Origin: Blastocatellia bacterium
Lineage (GTDB): Bacteria; Acidobacteriota; Blastocatellia; DASRDY01
NCBI GenBank assembly: GCA_035652355.1
Contig: DASRDY010000355.1
Coordinates: 1-39,974 of the forward strand
DNA: 39,974 nucleotides
Direction: 5' to 3'
This document shows positions 37,725-39,974 of this stretch, piece by piece. The notes beneath the pieces are model-generated. The model had not been told where the DNA came from and searched no databases. It worked only from the letters and a program-made list of their open reading frames with translations. How positions within the stretch are numbered: position 1 is the first letter of the stretch; every line of letters begins with the position of its first letter. The position numbers and the translations under genes are program-made.

Positions 37725-38786
37725 ATGATCCGGATATTTGCAGCACTTTCGGTGTTATCATTTGTCGTTTTGCTTTCTCTCGGAGTTTGCGCGCAGGAGA
37801 GACCGAGCTTCACCGTCGGCACGGCCACCGCGTTCCGAGGAGAGAAAGTCTCGGGGACGATCGAAGTTCCCGCGGGAGTCGATCCTGCTCTTCACATACC
37901 GGTCGTAGTCGTAAACGGAGCGAAACCGGGCCCGGTGCTCGCACTGGTTTCCGGAGCACACGGAACTGAGTACGCATCAATTATCTCTCTCGAGAAACTG
38001 ATTCAAACGCTCAATCCCGATGATATATCGGGAATCGTGATAATCGTTCCGCTGATCAATACTAATTCATTTGAAGAAAAACGGCCACACGTCAATCCCA
38101 TCGATAACAAAAGCATGAACGGCTTCTATCCGGGAAATCTGGAAGGAACACAGACGGATCGCGCCTCGTATATGATCACGAAAGAAGTCGTCGAGCGATG
38201 CGATCATTTAATCGATCTGCACGGCGGTGATTTGGACGAAAGCTTGCGTCCTTACAGTTACTGGACCGTCACGGGAAACCAAAAACAGGACGATTTTTCG
38301 AAACAGATGGTTTTGGCCTTTGGTCTCAATCACATTATTATCTCGGCGGATCGGCCAAAAGATCCAAAGGCGTCGCGATTTCTGGAAAATACTGCATCGA
38401 CTCGCGGCAAACCTTCAATCACAGCGGAAGCGGGTCACGCAGGAACAGTCGAGGCCGAAGACGTGGACGCCCTGGCAAATGGTTGCCTTGGCGTTATGCG
38501 ATATCTGAAGATGCTGCCCGGTCCCGTTACAATGGTCGAACACCCGGTCTGGATAGCAAAGGTCTTAACCGTTTCCAGCGAGCAGACCGGCATATTCTAT
38601 CCTTCAGTGAAACGGGGAACCTACGTCGAACAAGGAATGAAGATCGGTTACGTAACCGATTATGTGGGAAAAGTGATTTACGAGGCCCACGCTCCTTCGG
38701 CGGGAGTTGTCCTGTACGTGTGCGCAGTTCCTTCAATGAAAAAAGGCGCGACGGTCGCCAATATCGGCGTGATCGGTCATCAGTAA
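37725..38786 (+). CDS. Succinylglutamate desuccinylase/aspartoacylase (AstE/AspA) family zinc hydrolase with a signal peptide.
   Basis: ATG at 37725 with AGGAG 7 nt upstream. The signal peptide is MIRIFAALSVLSFVVLLSLGVCA. The regions GPVLALVSGAHGTEYAS...IVPLINTNSFEEKRPHVNPID..NMNGFYPG...HLIDLHGGD fit the AstE_AspA zinc-ligand arrangement. Confidence 0.75.
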   Translation: MIRIFAALSVLSFVVLLSLGVCAQERPSFTVGTATAFRGEKVSGTIEVPAGVDPALHIPVVVVNGAKPGPVLALVSGAHGTEYASIISLEKLIQTLNPDDISGIVIIVPLINTNSFEEKRPHVNPIDNKSMNGFYPGNLEGTQTDRASYMITKEVVERCDHLIDLHGGDLDESLRPYSYWTVTGNQKQDDFSKQMVLAFGLNHIIISADRPKDPKASRFLENTASTRGKPSITAEAGHAGTVEAEDVDALANGCLGVMRYLKMLPGPVTMVEHPVWIAKVLTVSSEQTGIFYPSVKRGTYVEQGMKIGYVTDYVGKVIYEAHAPSAGVVLYVCAVPSMKKGATVANIGVIGHQ

Positions 38787-38810
38787 ACCATCAATTCCGT
38801 AGCCGTTTGG

Positions 38811-39350
38811 TCATTCGTGAACCCACTGAAGGGTGATGACCGGACTGTCAGGATCTTTTACCTTGCGTAGTTCCACAACTATTTGTTTGCCAGGTTTCCA
38901 AAGCTTTGACAGGTCCAAAGAGGTGTCGCTTTCGCTGGCAATGTCTCCGTATTTTTCCGAAAGCGCCCTTTGCAGATCGGCAAAGACTTTATCCTGCTTT
39001 TCTGCGCAATAAAGCAGAACACCCATTTGACTAATGCCCGACTCGTTTGTCCGTACAGTTGCCCGTCCGGCAGTACCAGAGAACTTTCCGTCCCACGCAA
39101 TTTCATTGTTATTGAATGTTGCCGGTGATGCGCCTGATTTGGTGATAACAGCAACTACGTCTTTGAAACCCATTTCCCATTTCAGGGCTGGAAAGTCCTT
39201 TATGACATCTGATGGGCCGGCCGTCGGTTTATCCTGAGTTGAGTCGCTGGTCTTAACAGTCTCCGCTGACGAAAGGCTAAGAGCTGCGAGAACGAAAATC
39301 CAAAAGAAGGCAAACCGAACCCTGGTGTTAAGCTTTACGGAACCGTTCAT
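38811..39350 (-). CDS. Secreted hypothetical protein.
   Basis: The start is placed at MNGSVKLNTRVRFAFFWIFVLAALSLSSAE, read as a signal peptide. It runs convergent to the AstE-like gene. Confidence 0.5.
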   Translation of the reverse strand: MNGSVKLNTRVRFAFFWIFVLAALSLSSAETVKTSDSTQDKPTAGPSDVIKDFPALKWEMGFKDVVAVITKSGASPATFNNNEIAWDGKFSGTAGRATVRTNESGISQMGVLLYCAEKQDKVFADLQRALSEKYGDIASESDTSLDLSKLWKPGKQIVVELRKVKDPDSPVITLQWVHE

Positions 39351-39570
39351 ATAAATAATCCTAACCTTGACGGTGCAAGCGCGGATCACACTCGATGTTC
39401 TGACGAGCAAAAGCAGAACTGGCTATTATTGTCCGTAACTTGCTATAACTTTGCAACAAAGAACCAGTCATTCAAGCAATTGCATAATGTAGTCAATCGC
39501 TGTATCTTTTCGGCTCCAATCCAGTTATTACAAGCGACAACTTTCATCAATCAGGGAGCTTGGACTTGCA

Positions 39571-39974
39571 ATGATAAAACGATTAGCGTTTCTGGCTTTT
39601 CTCTTTGCGGCCTTTTCAATCGTTTCGTTTGGTCAGAATTATCCCGCGCCAGTCGAAGGCGATTTCGTCATTAACGATTTTCATTTCGAAGACGGCGAGG
39701 TGCTGCAGAAACTGAATATTCATTACCGGACTATCGGCACTCCGATCAAGGATGGATCTGGTATTGTTCGCAACGCTGTATTGATAATGCACGGGACCGG
39801 CGGAGCGGGGACACAATTCCTCAGTCAAGGATTCGCCGGACAACTCTACGGACCGGGGCAATTGCTGGATGCGACCAAGTACTACATCATCCTGCCGGAC
39901 GGCATCGGTCACGGTCACTCCAGCAAGCCGAGCGACGGAATGCACGCGCATTTTCCGCATTACGGTTACAACGA
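39571..39974 (+). CDS. Alpha/beta-hydrolase-fold protein (homoserine O-acetyltransferase MetX-like family) with a signal peptide; 3' end off the window.
   Basis: ATG at 39571 after AGGGAG. The product begins MIKRLAFLAFLFAAFSIVSFGQ...NAVLIMHGTGGAG...KYYIILPDGIGHGHSSKPS. The frame stays open to the window end. It is absent from the ORF track because it has no stop. Confidence 0.55.
   Translation, partial: MIKRLAFLAFLFAAFSIVSFGQNYPAPVEGDFVINDFHFEDGEVLQKLNIHYRTIGTPIKDGSGIVRNAVLIMHGTGGAGTQFLSQGFAGQLYGPGQLLDATKYYIILPDGIGHGHSSKPSDGMHAHFPHYGYN

Noticed and set aside
37703-38836. ORFs (37703-37969 plus, 37758-37961 minus, 38227-38508 plus, 38483-38836 plus, 38527-38736 minus) overlapping the AstE/AspA-like gene.
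   Set aside because: They are alternative frames with Arg-rich low-complexity products; the AstE/AspA frame has a signal peptide and the zinc-ligand motifs.

Overview
This 40-kb window reads as a bacterial chromosomal segment, about 50-55% GC by eye. An Acidobacteria-like origin is inferred because it carries an ADOP-family duplicated-FtsX permease. Every call rests on reading the translations; no database search was run.

The genes I can support, in order:
- a minus-strand Tex-like transcription accessory gene (partial at the window edge) with unusual low-complexity insertions
- a 1.2-kb ORF-free gap holding a nested tandem repeat built on GTGACA/TGTCAC cores, plus a G-run tract
- an N-terminally truncated RHS/YD-repeat toxin gene with an unrecognised His-rich C-terminal domain, followed by a small signal-peptide protein in the immunity position; both look AT-richer than their flanks
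- a hybrid sensor histidine kinase and, convergent with it, a globin-coupled MCP
- a flotillin/SPFH protein with three internal repeats and a possible membrane partner
- an MBOAT-like membrane protein
- a YdeP/FdhF-family molybdopterin oxidoreductase, convergent with an OFA-family MFS transporter that is translationally coupled to a 41-aa membrane ORF
- a minus-strand glycosylation cluster (GT-C-like membrane protein, RDD protein, manB, manC, MGDG-synthase-like GT28) interrupted by a UPF0175/DUF3368 toxin-antitoxin pair
- a TPR protein
- an ADOP permease
- an AMP-binding/carrier-domain/PlsC tri-domain fusion
- a trio of small ORFs including an MNT-like nucleotidyltransferase
- an AstE/AspA-family secreted hydrolase, a secreted hypothetical and a partial secreted alpha/beta hydrolase

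The best candidates for something new are, in order: the RHS C-terminal toxin with its exported immunity partner; the repeat array, which shares a TGTCACAG(T)CAGGT motif with the ADOP/acyl-ligase divergent promoter region; and the tri-domain acyl-activation-acyltransferase fusion.
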